A stretch of DNA of 64,000 bases from Magallana gigas (Eukaryota), in NCBI RefSeq assembly GCF_963853765.1, contig NC_088859.1, positions 930,001 through 994,000 on the forward strand, given 5' to 3'. Made by a program: the position numbers and the translations under genes. Positions 12,236 through 24,900 of the stretch are shown here, piece after piece. The notes beneath the pieces were generated by a model that made no database searches, had not been told where the DNA came from, and saw only the letters and a program-made list of their open reading frames with translations. The first letter of the stretch is position 1; each line of letters begins with the position of its first letter.

Positions 12236-15200
12236 CTATATTTCAAATATCCTGTGGGAGCCCCTGGCTACCAGGTTTGACTGTTCACGAGATGATGAGG
12301 GGGCGTGCCTGGAATGAGTTTGATTGACAGTCCGGGGGCCAGTGGGAGGGAACAGAGTCACATGGTCCAGACTTACGTTGTTCTGCAGTAGGATATGGTC
12401 CTCGGGGTGGATCATCCCGTTCCTGTTTAACAGGTTGACCTCTGTCTTGGAGTGGGGCAGTCCCTTGGGGTTGAGGTGTGCCTGGAGGTTTGTCTCACTG
12501 TGTACGTACGGCAACGTCTCCGCCCGACGACGCGCTTTATTTTGATCATATTTGGCCTAAAAATAGAAACGAGGTCATATTATGAAATGTATACCATATC
12601 GTCACTTTACAAAATATGAGCAGAATGCACTTGAGTGCCCAATTCATGGCGGCCATACAAGATAATAGTAAACAATATTTTGCCTCAATGACAGAATCAT
12701 TCAAAATATTACGTTTATGGACACAATTGTTCAAGCTCATACTTAAAATATTGTTAGATCTTTCCTTATTCCAGATATACAAAAAATCACAGAAAAATGT
12801 TTGTATCTTTCTATTTTTCAAAGAATAAAAGTGAAAACTTCAAAATCACTGTTCAAGCATTAAGAATTAGCATCTGAACAAGAAAACCTCTCTTCACTTC
12901 AAAGCCTGAAACATTACCTTGTTGTAACACAGAACCCCAAAGCAAGCGACGAGCATGCCTGCTACGTTCATGGTGGTGACAGGGTTCTTTAGGAGGAAAA
13001 GGGAGGCGCCGATAATCACCACCCGCTTCATGGCGTTCGCCACCGAGTAACTGAGGGGGGCCACCATGGCTATCACAGTGAACGCAAACACATTGTGCAT
13101 CATGTAGAAAATACCATCCAACACCAGTAACAGGAAAGACTTCATCACATCTGTATTCTCCTGGAAACAGAAAGAGATTTAATGTACATTTTTATCAATT
13201 TATTATGAGATGTAATTATAGCTGAATTTACAAAGTACAGACATGATAATCCTCCAGTCCCTCCCCATCCCCAACCCCCCACCCCACCCCCATTACTGCC
13301 CATTGGCTAAAAAATTAAGAAAAAATCAATTTATCAATAAAGGTTCAATCTCAACTTTTGCATGTAATATTTAACTGAGTATCTAAAGCTTCAATGTCAG
13401 AAAAATATCAAACCAGTGAAAAGGAAAAGGAAATATAAAGATTACTCTGTAAATATCTTACAAAGACATCGCTGTTTGCGATGTTCCGGCAGTCATAGAG
13501 AAACCAGACAGGAAGGAAGAGGACGGTGGCAATCCGACTCAGTAATACAAGGAGTCGCAGGTGATTGATTCCTGTGTCCTTCAGGCACTGTAAACAAACA
13601 ACAATAGGATGAAAATGTAATGAAATGACAAGTCAAGAGAATCCAAATGACACAGGACAAGTCTAAAGGGTAAACATAACACATGGCGAATCTATAAGAT
13701 TATCAGGACACAGAACATACCTTAAAAATTATCATGACACAAGACAAATCAAAAGGATCAACATGAGACATGACAAGTCTACAGGATCAATAGGACAAGT
13801 ATATAGGATCAACATACAAGTCTTAAGGATCATCATGACAAGTCTATAGGATCAATATGACAAGTCTATATGATCATCATGACAAGTCTATAGGATTAAT
13901 ATGACAAGTCTATAGGATCAACATAACAAGTCTATAGGATCAATATGATGAGTCTATAGGATCAATATGACAAATCTATAGGATCAACATAACAAGTCTA
14001 TAGGATCAATATGATGAGTCTATAGGATCAATATGACAAGTCTATAGGATCAATATGACAAGTATATAGGATCAACATAACAAGTACAGGGTTGTCTCTA
14101 AGACCCGGGAGGCGGGGAATTCCCCGTATATAATGCCTTAATTACCCGGCTATTATTGCATTTCAAACACAATCACAATGTAGCAGTAAGAAAGACCCCC
14201 AAACCCCCTGCTACTTTTTCATTTTCTCCTTCTACTTCAATTTTTAGAGACAACCCTGCAAGTATATAGGATCAACATGACAAGTCTATAGGATCAAATG
14301 ACAAATCTTTAGGATCAACATAACAAGTTTATAGGATCAACATGACAAGTCTATAGGATCAATATGAGATAGAGTTACATGACACAGGAAAAGTCATAGG
14401 GATCAACAATACTAATATGACACAGTTAAGTTAAAGAAATCAACATGATGTTTTCTTCTTAAACTTTTCCATCAGATAAACTTAATTAAAAGCATGGATA
14501 AGTCAACTGGATCACCTAGATGGATTACCAGTATTCTGTGATGTATGAGTGGAAAGCCAAAGGAAGGGGGACTACTCTGTCAGCCAAAATTAGCTTTGTA
14601 TTGGTAAACAAAGAACATAAAGAAAAAAGTCAGACTTGGTTGTACATGTATTTTAATATTGACTTGGACTTGGACTCCTCTATTGTATAAAAATTGTATA
14701 AAAACACTTACCTTTTTAGAGAAAATGGACTGTAGGGAAAACCCTAATGTTGCAACTAAAGCACTACACAATGCCAACATTTCAAACGAGATCTCTGTGA
14801 GGGTTGCTATGACAACTCCCAGAATGATAGGCACAATGGACAGGTATACCTAGTAACAAACAGACAAACTAATCAAAGTTATCGAAACTTATGACAGAAC
14901 ACGTTATACTGGCGAATAATGTACATTGTATTTGCAAAAATTCCAAAATTTAAGTGATTGATCTTTATAAAAAATGGCTTAAATTTGACGGTGGATGATT
15001 ATTTACCAAGGCAAATTTTTTTAAAAACTTCATGAAAAAGAGTTCTTCAGATATAAGTCCTTTTCTTCACTGACTTTGAACTAGCAAGAACTTCATCTCA
15101 ATAGCCACTAGACAGGCATTATGCACTTATTCTGTCAAGAGTAAGCATGCAAATGTAGCTAAATACCGGTACTTACATAGAGTGTTTGAGTTTCTCCCAA

Positions 15201-18200
15201 CAACACCCGTGACAGAACAACGGTAAACAGTGGAAGTGTGGCTTTTACTGGAAAATAAATTCATTCCTGGTTATATGCGACAATAAAGCATAAGTCAAAT
15301 AAAATGTCATTAGATTGAATCCATTCCTGGTTATATATGTCACTTTACATAAAGCATACAAATACAATGTCATTAAAACTGGCTCTTTCATATTTTTGCT
15401 ATATATATATATATACAGTAAAACTCGTTTAGTACGAACACGGATATTGCGAATTCACGGATATAGCGAAGTCATCTTGGATCCCCAGCTATGTAAATTT
15501 AATGAATTTCTTATACGGTTATAACGAATTACGGATATAACGAAGTAATTTTTTAGGTCCCAGTGACTTCATTATAACCAAGTTTTGCTGTATACACATA
15601 CCTGTTAACCCTCCCGCATTGCGCGGGAGACTCCCGCAAAACGGCCTAAAAATCTAAGATCTCCCGCATCCAACCTATCTCCCGCAATTGTATTTGTCTC
15701 CCCCATACCCCCCCCCCCCAAATTCTGAATCGTTACATGCAAATTTCAACAACCACTGCGGGTTTTTCTCTGATTTTGAGCTCAAAAAGCTGCTGTGTAG
15801 CTTGAATATATCAAAATCCATCCAAGTACTGTCTACCGTGATCATAGTATGACATGTTATAGTCCAGTTTACTTTTTACGATTACTTCCGGTTTTGACTT
15901 AAATCAGTTACGTATTTAGTTATGCATATGCATGCCTTATAAAAAATAAATAAAACCTTAAAACATCTTGATTTTACTCTGTAACACCAAAGAAAACAAT
16001 ACACAGCCAGTGGTGTAACTTAACAGGTGCACAGGTAAAGCACCCAAGCCACGTGCAGTGAGTCGTGACTAATTCTGTCTGGCCAGCACAGTCGGTAAAA
16101 ATCAAAGTGAGTTTTGAACACTGAGTGTTTACACAAGCTACCGATAAAAGTGAAGCTCGAGGAAAAAGTGTAAAAGCATTTCACAATAGTTTTTAAAGTT
16201 TATAGTACCGGTACTATGAATTACAGGGATGCTATAGACATTACAACAGAGATCATTTTTAAATGATACTGGAGAAATACATGTTGTTTTGTGAATTGAA
16301 AATCTATCCTATATGTAAGGCAAAAAATAATTTTAATGAATATTATTTACTGGTATTTTCTTAACTGGGTTTCACTGCAAATTCAAAATACGCAAAATAA
16401 ATTTTCTGTGTTTACCCTAGATGTCAGCATGCAGTGATGGTTCAATACTGAACAATAAGAAGACTTAATATAAAAAGTGGCACTATTGACTTCTTGTATT
16501 GTACCATGCAAACAAAATAATAGTTTTCTGAACATGTACAGCAACACAAGTTGTAATTGCACACTGGTAGTCATAGAAATAATAAAATTTAAAATGATTG
16601 CAATAGCATTAATTAATAACAATGATAAAATAAGGTATCTAACAATATTTTTAATATATATTTGCATTTCACGTGAAAAAACGTCGTTTACGCAAAATCT
16701 CCCCCTTAGCCAAGTTGGTAAGGGGGAGATTCTCCCACATAGCAGCTTTGAAAGGTTAACAGGTATGTATACATATATTGCAAACCATAATTTCAGGTGT
16801 TTAAAAGACATTATTTTAATATCAGGATTACATATAATTATTATTCATTGGACTTGTACTGAACCTTGTAGTGACCTTCAATACATTAATCATTAACATC
16901 TGTATTATCAAGTACAGAAAGGGCATTAAACCAGAAAGTCCTCACAATATTCAACATCAATGACATTAAATAAAAGAATATTAAATAGGACAAAGGTCCA
17001 TCAATATTCAACATCAGTGACATTAAATAACAGAATATCAAATAGGACAAAGGTCCATCAATGACATTAAAGAACAGAATATCAAATAGGACAAAGGTCC
17101 ATGAATATGGTAATTCAATTCCAATCTAGACTTTCATAATTATGCCTTATGTCATCATATGGAAGGATTTTTTTCAAGGTGCTATTGTTTGTGAAATTTT
17201 GCAAACTCTTGTGGTTTCATCTCAACCGTATAAAACAAAATCCCCAAAAGTAAAGTTTACAGAATTTAAAATGCCAAAAGTTTCCACCAATAGAAAACAC
17301 TAGTAAGTTATACTTTTGCCTGGACTGGGAATCGAACATGGGACCCCTTCAACTCTAGAGAGCTGAGCTTTCTAAGTAAATATCCACGATTCATATAGCC
17401 ACACCTACTGAACACAAAATGTAGGCGATTTAAATATCAAATTTAATTATGAAAACATGTTATGCATGTAACTTTACAGTATAATGGATTGACACTTAAA
17501 GCAAAGTGATTTTGATTCCTTGTGACTTCATTACATGTAAAACTTCAAGGATATAGTGCATTACACTTGTAGTAGGAAAGGAGGAAAGAGCATTTATATA
17601 TAAATAAAATGAAAATTTATGGCTGGACCAAATACTACATTCCTCCCTTCTTAAATAGTCTTCAACTCCGAAGATACAACACAAGTTAATCTTATCAGGA
17701 CTAAATATATATTTTATTGCCTGAAAAAGGAAGTGTAGTAGAAAAGGAGGAATGAGCATATAAATACAATAAAAATATGGCTGGACCAGGAATCAAACCC
17801 TGGATCCCTGCGATCTAGTCTGAGTCAGGAGGGTTACCACTGAACTACTCAGATCGATACCCATGGTCCATATTGCCCAAAATACTACACAATTCTAACG
17901 AAGCAAATTCGCCCTTCCCGGCACTTCGTGATAGGAAATGTAATTCACTGTAAACAGCAAAACTTGGTTATAACGAAGTCACTGGGACTATTACTTTGTT
18001 ATATCCGTAATTCGTTATAACCGTATAAGAAATTAATTAAAACGTAGCTGGGGATCCAAGATGACTTCGCTATATCCGTGAATTCGCAATATCCGTGTTC
18101 GTACTAAACGAGTTTTACTGTACATAGATATAACCGATGTATGTTCCTTAAAAGTATCTCTGACATGTAAGACTTTAAATAGTGACCTTCATGAATTCAA

Positions 18201-18570
18201 TATGTCAATGAGTATAAAAAGGTCCCCCATAAAGGGTCCTCCTATTACCTGTGTGAGCATAAGACACTGTTGATTTCCACATGCTGATATGAGAAGACAC
18301 TGATGAAAAAAATTTCCCAAACGCCAAGGGAAGGATGAGTTTGAAGTAATAACTCCGTGGAATGTTCCCTGTGTTCGGTGTCTGTAGAAACCAGAAAATC
18401 GGCTCCATGTACACGGAGATGGATACAAGCTGGGTCATGGTGACAGTCATAGGGAACGGGAACTGGTTCAGAACCAGCTTACCGATAATGTTTCCACCCG
18501 CACTACAAATGTACCACATCAAACACACGACGATAAACTTCAACGTCTCTACATAATTCAGCTCCTCCAT
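12236..18570 (-). CDS. SLC35E1: Solute carrier family 35 member E1 (TPT-domain nucleotide-sugar transporter family), about 406 aa, 6 coding exons
   Basis: Exons 18570-18249, 15247-15177, 14849-14712, 13587-13462, 13160-12918 and 12556-12236 are all GT-AG and keep frame (1221 nt). Motifs [27 protein letters not shown] and [12 protein letters not shown] match SLC35E1 as I recall it. Confidence 0.92.
13720..14420. repeat. Degenerate ~21-bp tandem repeat in SLC35E1 intron 3
   Basis: Unit approximately gacaagtctataggatcaatat, interrupted by a MITE at 14087-14258. Confidence 0.85.
14087..14258. mobile_element. 172-bp MITE with 6-bp TSD (possibly hAT6-like)
   Basis: TIR CAGGGTTGTCTCTAA...TTAGAGACAACCCTG; TSD CAAGTA at 14081-14086 and 14259-14264. 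Confidence 0.75.
15416..15590 (+). mobile_element. Tc1/mariner (pogo/Tigger-like) MITE
   Basis: TIR CAGTAAAACT...AGTTTTGCTG with TA on both sides. A near-identical inverted copy lies at 17955-18120. Confidence 0.8.
15597..16767. mobile_element. 1.17-kb non-autonomous DNA transposon with 6-bp TSD (possibly hAT6-like)
   Basis: Perfect 14-bp TIR CATACCTGTTAACC...GGTTAACAGGTATG; TSD TATACA at 15591-15596 and 16768-16773; subterminal ctccc repeats. Confidence 0.75.
16945..17105. repeat. About 3 degenerate copies of a ~55-60-bp tandem repeat
   Basis: Recurring gacattaaataa...aataggacaaaggtccat. Confidence 0.7.
17955..18120 (-). mobile_element. Tc1/mariner MITE, inverted copy of 15416-15590
   Basis: Reverse complement of the 15416 element along its whole length, with a few substitutions and indels. 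Confidence 0.8.
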
Positions 18571-18915
18571 TCTGAATGTCAGTGCACGAGCCGACAGACG
18601 AGCATATGGATCATCCCGGCATTTTCAGTACCTGTTCAGATTGTACACGTTGCTGACGATAAAAGTGTTCCGCAGTGAATCTAGCTTCCGGGAAAAACAA
18701 AACACTTTTCTATTTTGTTGATAAATCTTGTATTCAAAAATGATTATGCATGTCATTCATATCGAAAATCTTTTATTGATAATTAATTTAGATTGAAACT
18801 TTTACAGTTATATTTTAAGAATATTTGTAAACAACATTTACTGTGGAATTTCAAGATGTCTGCGCCCATGTGAAATGGAAAGTGCAAAAGGGAATAGGAA
18901 TGTTTGAATGGAAAA
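18571..18915. promoter_or_regulatory. Putative bidirectional promoter between SLC35E1 and fukutin
   Basis: The two divergent ATGs (18570 minus, 18916 plus) are only 345 bp apart; an ETS-like cttccgg motif lies near 18686. Confidence 0.55.
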
Positions 18916-21610
18916 ATGAGACGATGGCAAATTTTAAAGTGTTTAGGACTTGTAGCTATTGTGTTTTTTATTTTCCAGTGCTTTCTGTGGTTTCATTTTC
19001 CAACAAAACAAGTAAGTTTGTCCAAAAACTTACAAAAGAGAGAACAATAAACAGTTGATTGTCCATATTCATGTAGATGACTAGTTCTGTGTCAGTATAT
19101 GTATGGCACTTCGGTGAAAGAATCATGTGTGACAATATGTTCATATGACTATGTACTGTAGATGCATGAAGTTGTTTGAAGTAATAGTGGTTAAGTGTGA
19201 TGTTAACAGGTCCAGTACAATCTCTTGATTTAACTATATTGCATACTGTAATATAGCTTGAATAAGCTATTTGCAGAACAGATTAAAGTTGAAAACTATT
19301 GCTGAACTAATGGTTGATTTTTATACATGCTAAAAAAATTACACATTTAAAAAAAAAATATGGTAAAATAGCTGAATCAAATTATTTTGAATAGCTTGAT
19401 ATAACGCTATATATCTTAATCTATCATGCTTATAATTATAGCAAGAACAAGAGATTGTACTGGACCTGGTAAACAGGTAAAGATACATCTTGTGAAAGAT
19501 TCTTCTCAGCTTTATATTTGATTTAAGGAATAAATTCAATATTTATTTGTTTTATACAATATAAAATGGTTTGGGGCGGTTTACGCATTATAAACCGCAA
19601 AGCAGTTTATAAAAAAGCCTTAACTGTTTCAAACCATTTTATTTTATATAAAACTAATAAATATTGAATTCATTGCTTATAATTTAATTTTTTACTCTTA
19701 ATTGTACATAAAAACGGTCATTTGACCTTTAAAATGACGTAAAATTGTACAGAATTCAAACATAACGTCAGGCAGATTGATATGTTTTTGACGTTAGTCT
19801 TACTATGACGTTGGTAAAATTCTTTATACGATATAAAATAATTTTTTAGCCAATCAGAAAGCGTGTTACAACCAGAATTAAATTATAGATGCATGAAGTT
19901 GTTTGAAGTGACAATTATTATTAAAGTGGGATGTAATATACTAAGTATATTTATTGTTTCTTAGTAATTAAAAGATGTTTTATCATTAGTTCAGTGATTG
20001 CTCTGCCTATATACCAGTTTGTTTATGTATCAATACAGATTGAGAGGGGGTTGTTAATGGTAAAAACCTAAAACATGCATCAATTTAAATTTATTAGTGA
20101 TGTTCTGATTTTAATTCTACATATATACACATATTTTTCATTACAAAAAAATAATTGTTACATTTCTTTCAGGACCAGAATCCAGCAACTTACGATGTGA
20201 AGGTGAGATCTGATTAAAATCATTTATGGGTATACAATATGTACAATGCCAGTCTGAATCCAGAAATTAAACTTAGATTTAATGACATTTGATACTTATT
20301 GACTTTAAGATATCTGTAGATTATTTTTATTTTGTATCATTGAATTATGTTTTAAGTTGTTTTCAACAAACAGAGAACAGTATTATTGTTACTGTACAAT
20401 AATGTTGTCATGATTTAAGTTTGTGTTTTCATTAAAGTGAGGAACAGCTAATTGATGTATACAGACTAAAGAATTCAACCTATTTCCTTAAAATTGATCA
20501 TTAGTTACTTTCTGTTTGAATGAATTTACATATAAATGGACAGAAATAAAATTTATTCAATAAATAGAGGTTTCCCCTCTTTCTTTGCATCTGTATATGT
20601 AGCTAGTTGTGAAGAAAGGAGTAAGAATTAGGTTGATATTCCCTTTTTTTCACTTTTGTAGCTACTTGTGAAGAAGGTGATGGCTGTATGGGAAGACCTT
20701 GAGGACGCCCTGTTTGTGATTGAGCCTGAGGTTCTGTACAAGATAGTGGAGCAGGAGAATTACTCGGACAATGAGGGACGGTGCGCCGTCTTCTGTCACT
20801 TGACCAAGAGAGCCATAGCCTTTGGAGTCTTCGGCCACAAAGTTGCCATGGTAAATTCCATTTGTTTATCTTTACATGTGTATGTTGCCAAGGTAATTTT
20901 TATTGTTTATCTTTACATGTGTATGTTGCCATGGTAATTTTTATTGTTTATTTTTACATGTGTATGTTGAAATCATGTTAGAAATATTGCTCAAGTGTAG
21001 ATTTGCTGAAAAAGAATCAAGTTTTACTGCAATAAATTTCAAAAGTTGTTTAATGTACATGTCTGTGAACCTGTCATGTAGACAATATTACGCTCATGAA
21101 TAATGCTAATTAATTCTATTTTTCCTGTTTGACTTGTGTGTACCAGCTCATTTGTTGTGACTTGTAATGATTCACTTTTGAAAAGATTTGAAGTGTTTAA
21201 AGAAAATGTGAAAAAGAAAATAAAAAGATTTTACAGCAAAATTTAATTCACAGCCATTAGTGGTGTCAAAGTTCCGGCAGAGTGGGTTTGCTGCAGTAGA
21301 TGCCAAGGAAGACAACCCTGACTTTCGCCTAAAAAATCCAGGTTCCCCTCCCCAGAGAATCGTGACCCACATTTTCCTCCAGGACATGGCACAGCCGGAG
21401 CTCACACTACATGTGGTGGTCTTCTACCCCCGGGCGGACTTCTTGTGGACCAGTCAGATACAGATGCCAACCTCCGACCTCAGCTTCGGGGCATCAGCGG
21501 GGGCATACGATGTGTAAGGGATATCTCAGTATGACTCAGCATAATTTTGGTAGACTTTGAAACTTTATTTAAAGGAAGTTGAATGTTTATTTAGATGGGT
21601 AATGGGAGCT

Positions 21611-21668
<58 letters not shown>

Positions 21669-21858
21669 ATAGGGTCTTATCTCAATATGAGTCTGGTTTA
21701 AATAGCATATTCTCTATACTAAAAATGACCTCAGCTTCAGGGCATCAGCGGGGGCATACGATGTGTAAGGGATATCTCAGTATGACTCAGCGTAATTTTG
21801 GTAGACTTTGAAACTTTATTTAAAGGAAGTTGAATGTTTATTTAGATGGGTAATGGGA

Positions 21859-21905
<47 letters not shown>

Positions 21906-24900
21906 AAGCATAGGGTCTTATCTCAATATGAGTCTGGTTTAAATAGCATATTCTCTATACTAAAAATGATGTGGATAAACCCTTAATATTAAAAATTCAC
22001 CATTTCATAAGAGCCAGAGAGAGAAAGACAGACAGACAAACAGACAGGCAGGCAGGCAGACAGACAGAGATACTATTTTAAAAGACTCTTGTGTTATGAA
22101 AATGGTTCAACATGGTTGATGTAAAGGATTTTTCTTTTTCTTTAAAGCATAACAGTACATTGTTATTCTAGTTTTGAATGGCGGAGCTTGACTATTGACG
22201 GAGTACACATCAGTGTTCCCAAGTCTATTCGACATTTCATTCATATGGCCCAGGAGTCTAAGTTCCTGGAGTGTGACCAGGACCGCGCCCAGCTCTTCTA
22301 TACCCAACACCCCAGGGACAACTCAGAGGAGGCTCAGCGGTTCACGAGGAAGGCGCGGCAGCTGCTGGTCAAAGGGAAGGAGGTGTTGGACGCCCTGGGG
22401 GTCAGGTTCTGGCTCAGCAGTGGCACCTGTCTTGGTATGTCAGTTGTACCTGTCTAGGTATGTCAGTTGTACCTGTCTAGGTATGTCAGTTGTACCTGTC
22501 TAGGTATGTCAGTTGTACCTGTCTAGGTATGTCATTGTACCTGTCTAGGTATGTCAGTTGTACCTGTCTAGGTATGTCATTGTACCTGTCTAGGTATGTC
22601 AGTTGTACCTGTCTAGGTATGTCAGTTGTACCTGTCTAGGTATGTCAGTTGTACCTGTCTAGGTATGTCAGTTGTACCTGTCTAGGTATGTCAGTTGTAC
22701 CTGTCTAGGTATGTCAGTTGTACCTGTCTAGGTATGTCATTGTACCTGTCTAGGTATGTCAGTTGTACCTGTCTAGGTATGTCAGTTGTACCTGTCTAGG
22801 TATGTCAGTTGTACCTGTCTAGGTATGTCATTGTATCTGTCATTGTCTTTGCCTTCTTCTATCATAGCAAGGGTCTGTTGAGCCAACCATAGGTCATTGT
22901 GATCTCGTTTTAGAATTTAAGGACTATACATACTCAACGTGTACCAGGATGATATCTTACATACCATAAAGGTCTTGCTAAAACCTATTTCTTTGGAGTA
23001 AGGTAAGTCAGGGAAACTCTGATGATGACCGACCCCTTTGGAATTCCATGGCTTTTCATTGTCACATTGTTTCAGCAACAAATCTTGAAAGCCTGTTGCT
23101 TTGAATATCAACACATAGATTTGTGCTTGCAGTTCAGGAAGTTTGAGATTGTCTTTTTTTAATGTTTACCCTGACTCTGTATTTCATCAACTATTGAGAT
23201 AATGTGTTATGCAACATGTTCAACCTCTTTCCTTCTTTTTATGAGTACAGGTATCTCTTTTGTTTTGATTTTAAAGTACTTTTTGTTGAGGTTTGACTGT
23301 TGTAATTTCTTTTTCAGGTTGGTTTAGACAATGTGATATCATAACATACTCCAAAGACGTTGACTTTGGGATCTGGATTAAAGACCACAAGCCAGAAATT
23401 ATTGATGCCATGGAACAAGCTGGTCTGCCCCTAAAGCATGTGTTTGGCAAAGTATGTAAATCTACAAGATACACTAGAGAGGCATTAATTTGGATTTACA
23501 GAAAAATCCCGCTGTTCCTATTGTAAAGTGTTCCCAGTTTAAATCAGTATATCTTTCTAATAAACAATTATATCGAAATATAAACAGCTAAAACCTACTA
23601 CCAAAACATTCAAAATATTATATTTTCATGAGTTTATATTAAAAGAGGAGTTTTAGGAGGCAGTTGGCTACCCATCGTCCGAGATTTCGCCGATGTTTTA
23701 TAGCTGGCCAATATATTTTCTATATATTAATCTTGTTTTCCGATTTTTTGTTTAATAAATGTCTAAAACCTATGCACACTTTTCATTAAAACAATATACT
23801 TTTGATTTAAGATCATTATCTCAGTTCACTTAAATGTAATTCTCAAAGTAAGGTTTTTCCCGTACCATATTTCAACAGCAAAACACGCAAATGGTGGAGT
23901 TGCCAATCTCTGTTATTTATGTCTCTGGTCTCAACAACAAAACTTTGACTTTTCCTGTCAGAGAGACATTAAGATTTGTCGACTTCAGTTATTTGAGCGA
24001 ATTTGATAAAAAAATTGACACATTTGATATCCTGAAGTAACCAGAAATTGTCACATGTTAGCATTGAGATTAAATAATGATCCAATATTTATTTTTTTAA
24101 ATCATAAATTCTTATTTTGTATTTATGGGATAAATATTTTTAAAAAACTGTATCTTTCTGCATCTATTTTTCAATTTGATGAAATTGGTCTGAGATTCTA
24201 GTACATTTGTATCGCACTTTGTTGTCTTTAGCATTGCTTTTGTTTTGTTTGTATTATACTTAACAAAGCATTGATGTTGTTTTCTTTAAATTCATTTCTT
24301 TTGTGTCTTTTAGGTGTCAGACAGTTATGAGTTGTCATTCAAAGCGGGGGAAGTAAAACTAGACATTTTCTTTTTCTACGAGGAGGGAAATACCATGTGG
24401 AATGGAGGAACTGATGCTAAAACAGGGGAAAAACTCAAGTATGTATCAAATGATGCTTAAACGAGGGAAAAACTCAAGTATGTATCAAATGTTGCTAAAT
24501 TTTTATTGTACAATATACAATGTACAATATGCACACAGACTGTCAGATACTAAAACAGGAGAAAAACTCAATCATGTACAAATGTTCCAAGAACTTTTTT
24601 TATTGCATTTACATGTACAATTTACAATGTATAATAGGCACACACAGTATAGGTGCTAAGATGCACAAAAATAGGAATGATTGTGCAAAACACAACATAA
24701 TCAAGTATGATATTAAAAAAAAAAACAAATACAAATTATTTATGCAAACATGGACATACAAGTACATGTAACAGGGATATCATAGATATAGTTTGAGCAT
24801 GTATTGATCGATACATGAAAGGTACAAATGCCTAACAAAGTACAAAAAATCATTTAATTACTCATTGATAATTAAAAACTTGGTTGTACTGCACATTTGT

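Noticed and set aside
16383-16896. 142-aa and 139-aa overlapping ORFs
   Set aside because: They lie in an AT-rich non-autonomous transposon within an intron and have no recognisable motif.
17300-17870. tRNA-like sequences here and at 26184, 54360, 55845 and 56850 as tRNA genes
   Set aside because: A/B boxes are present but there is no complete cloverleaf; these are SINE or MITE derived.
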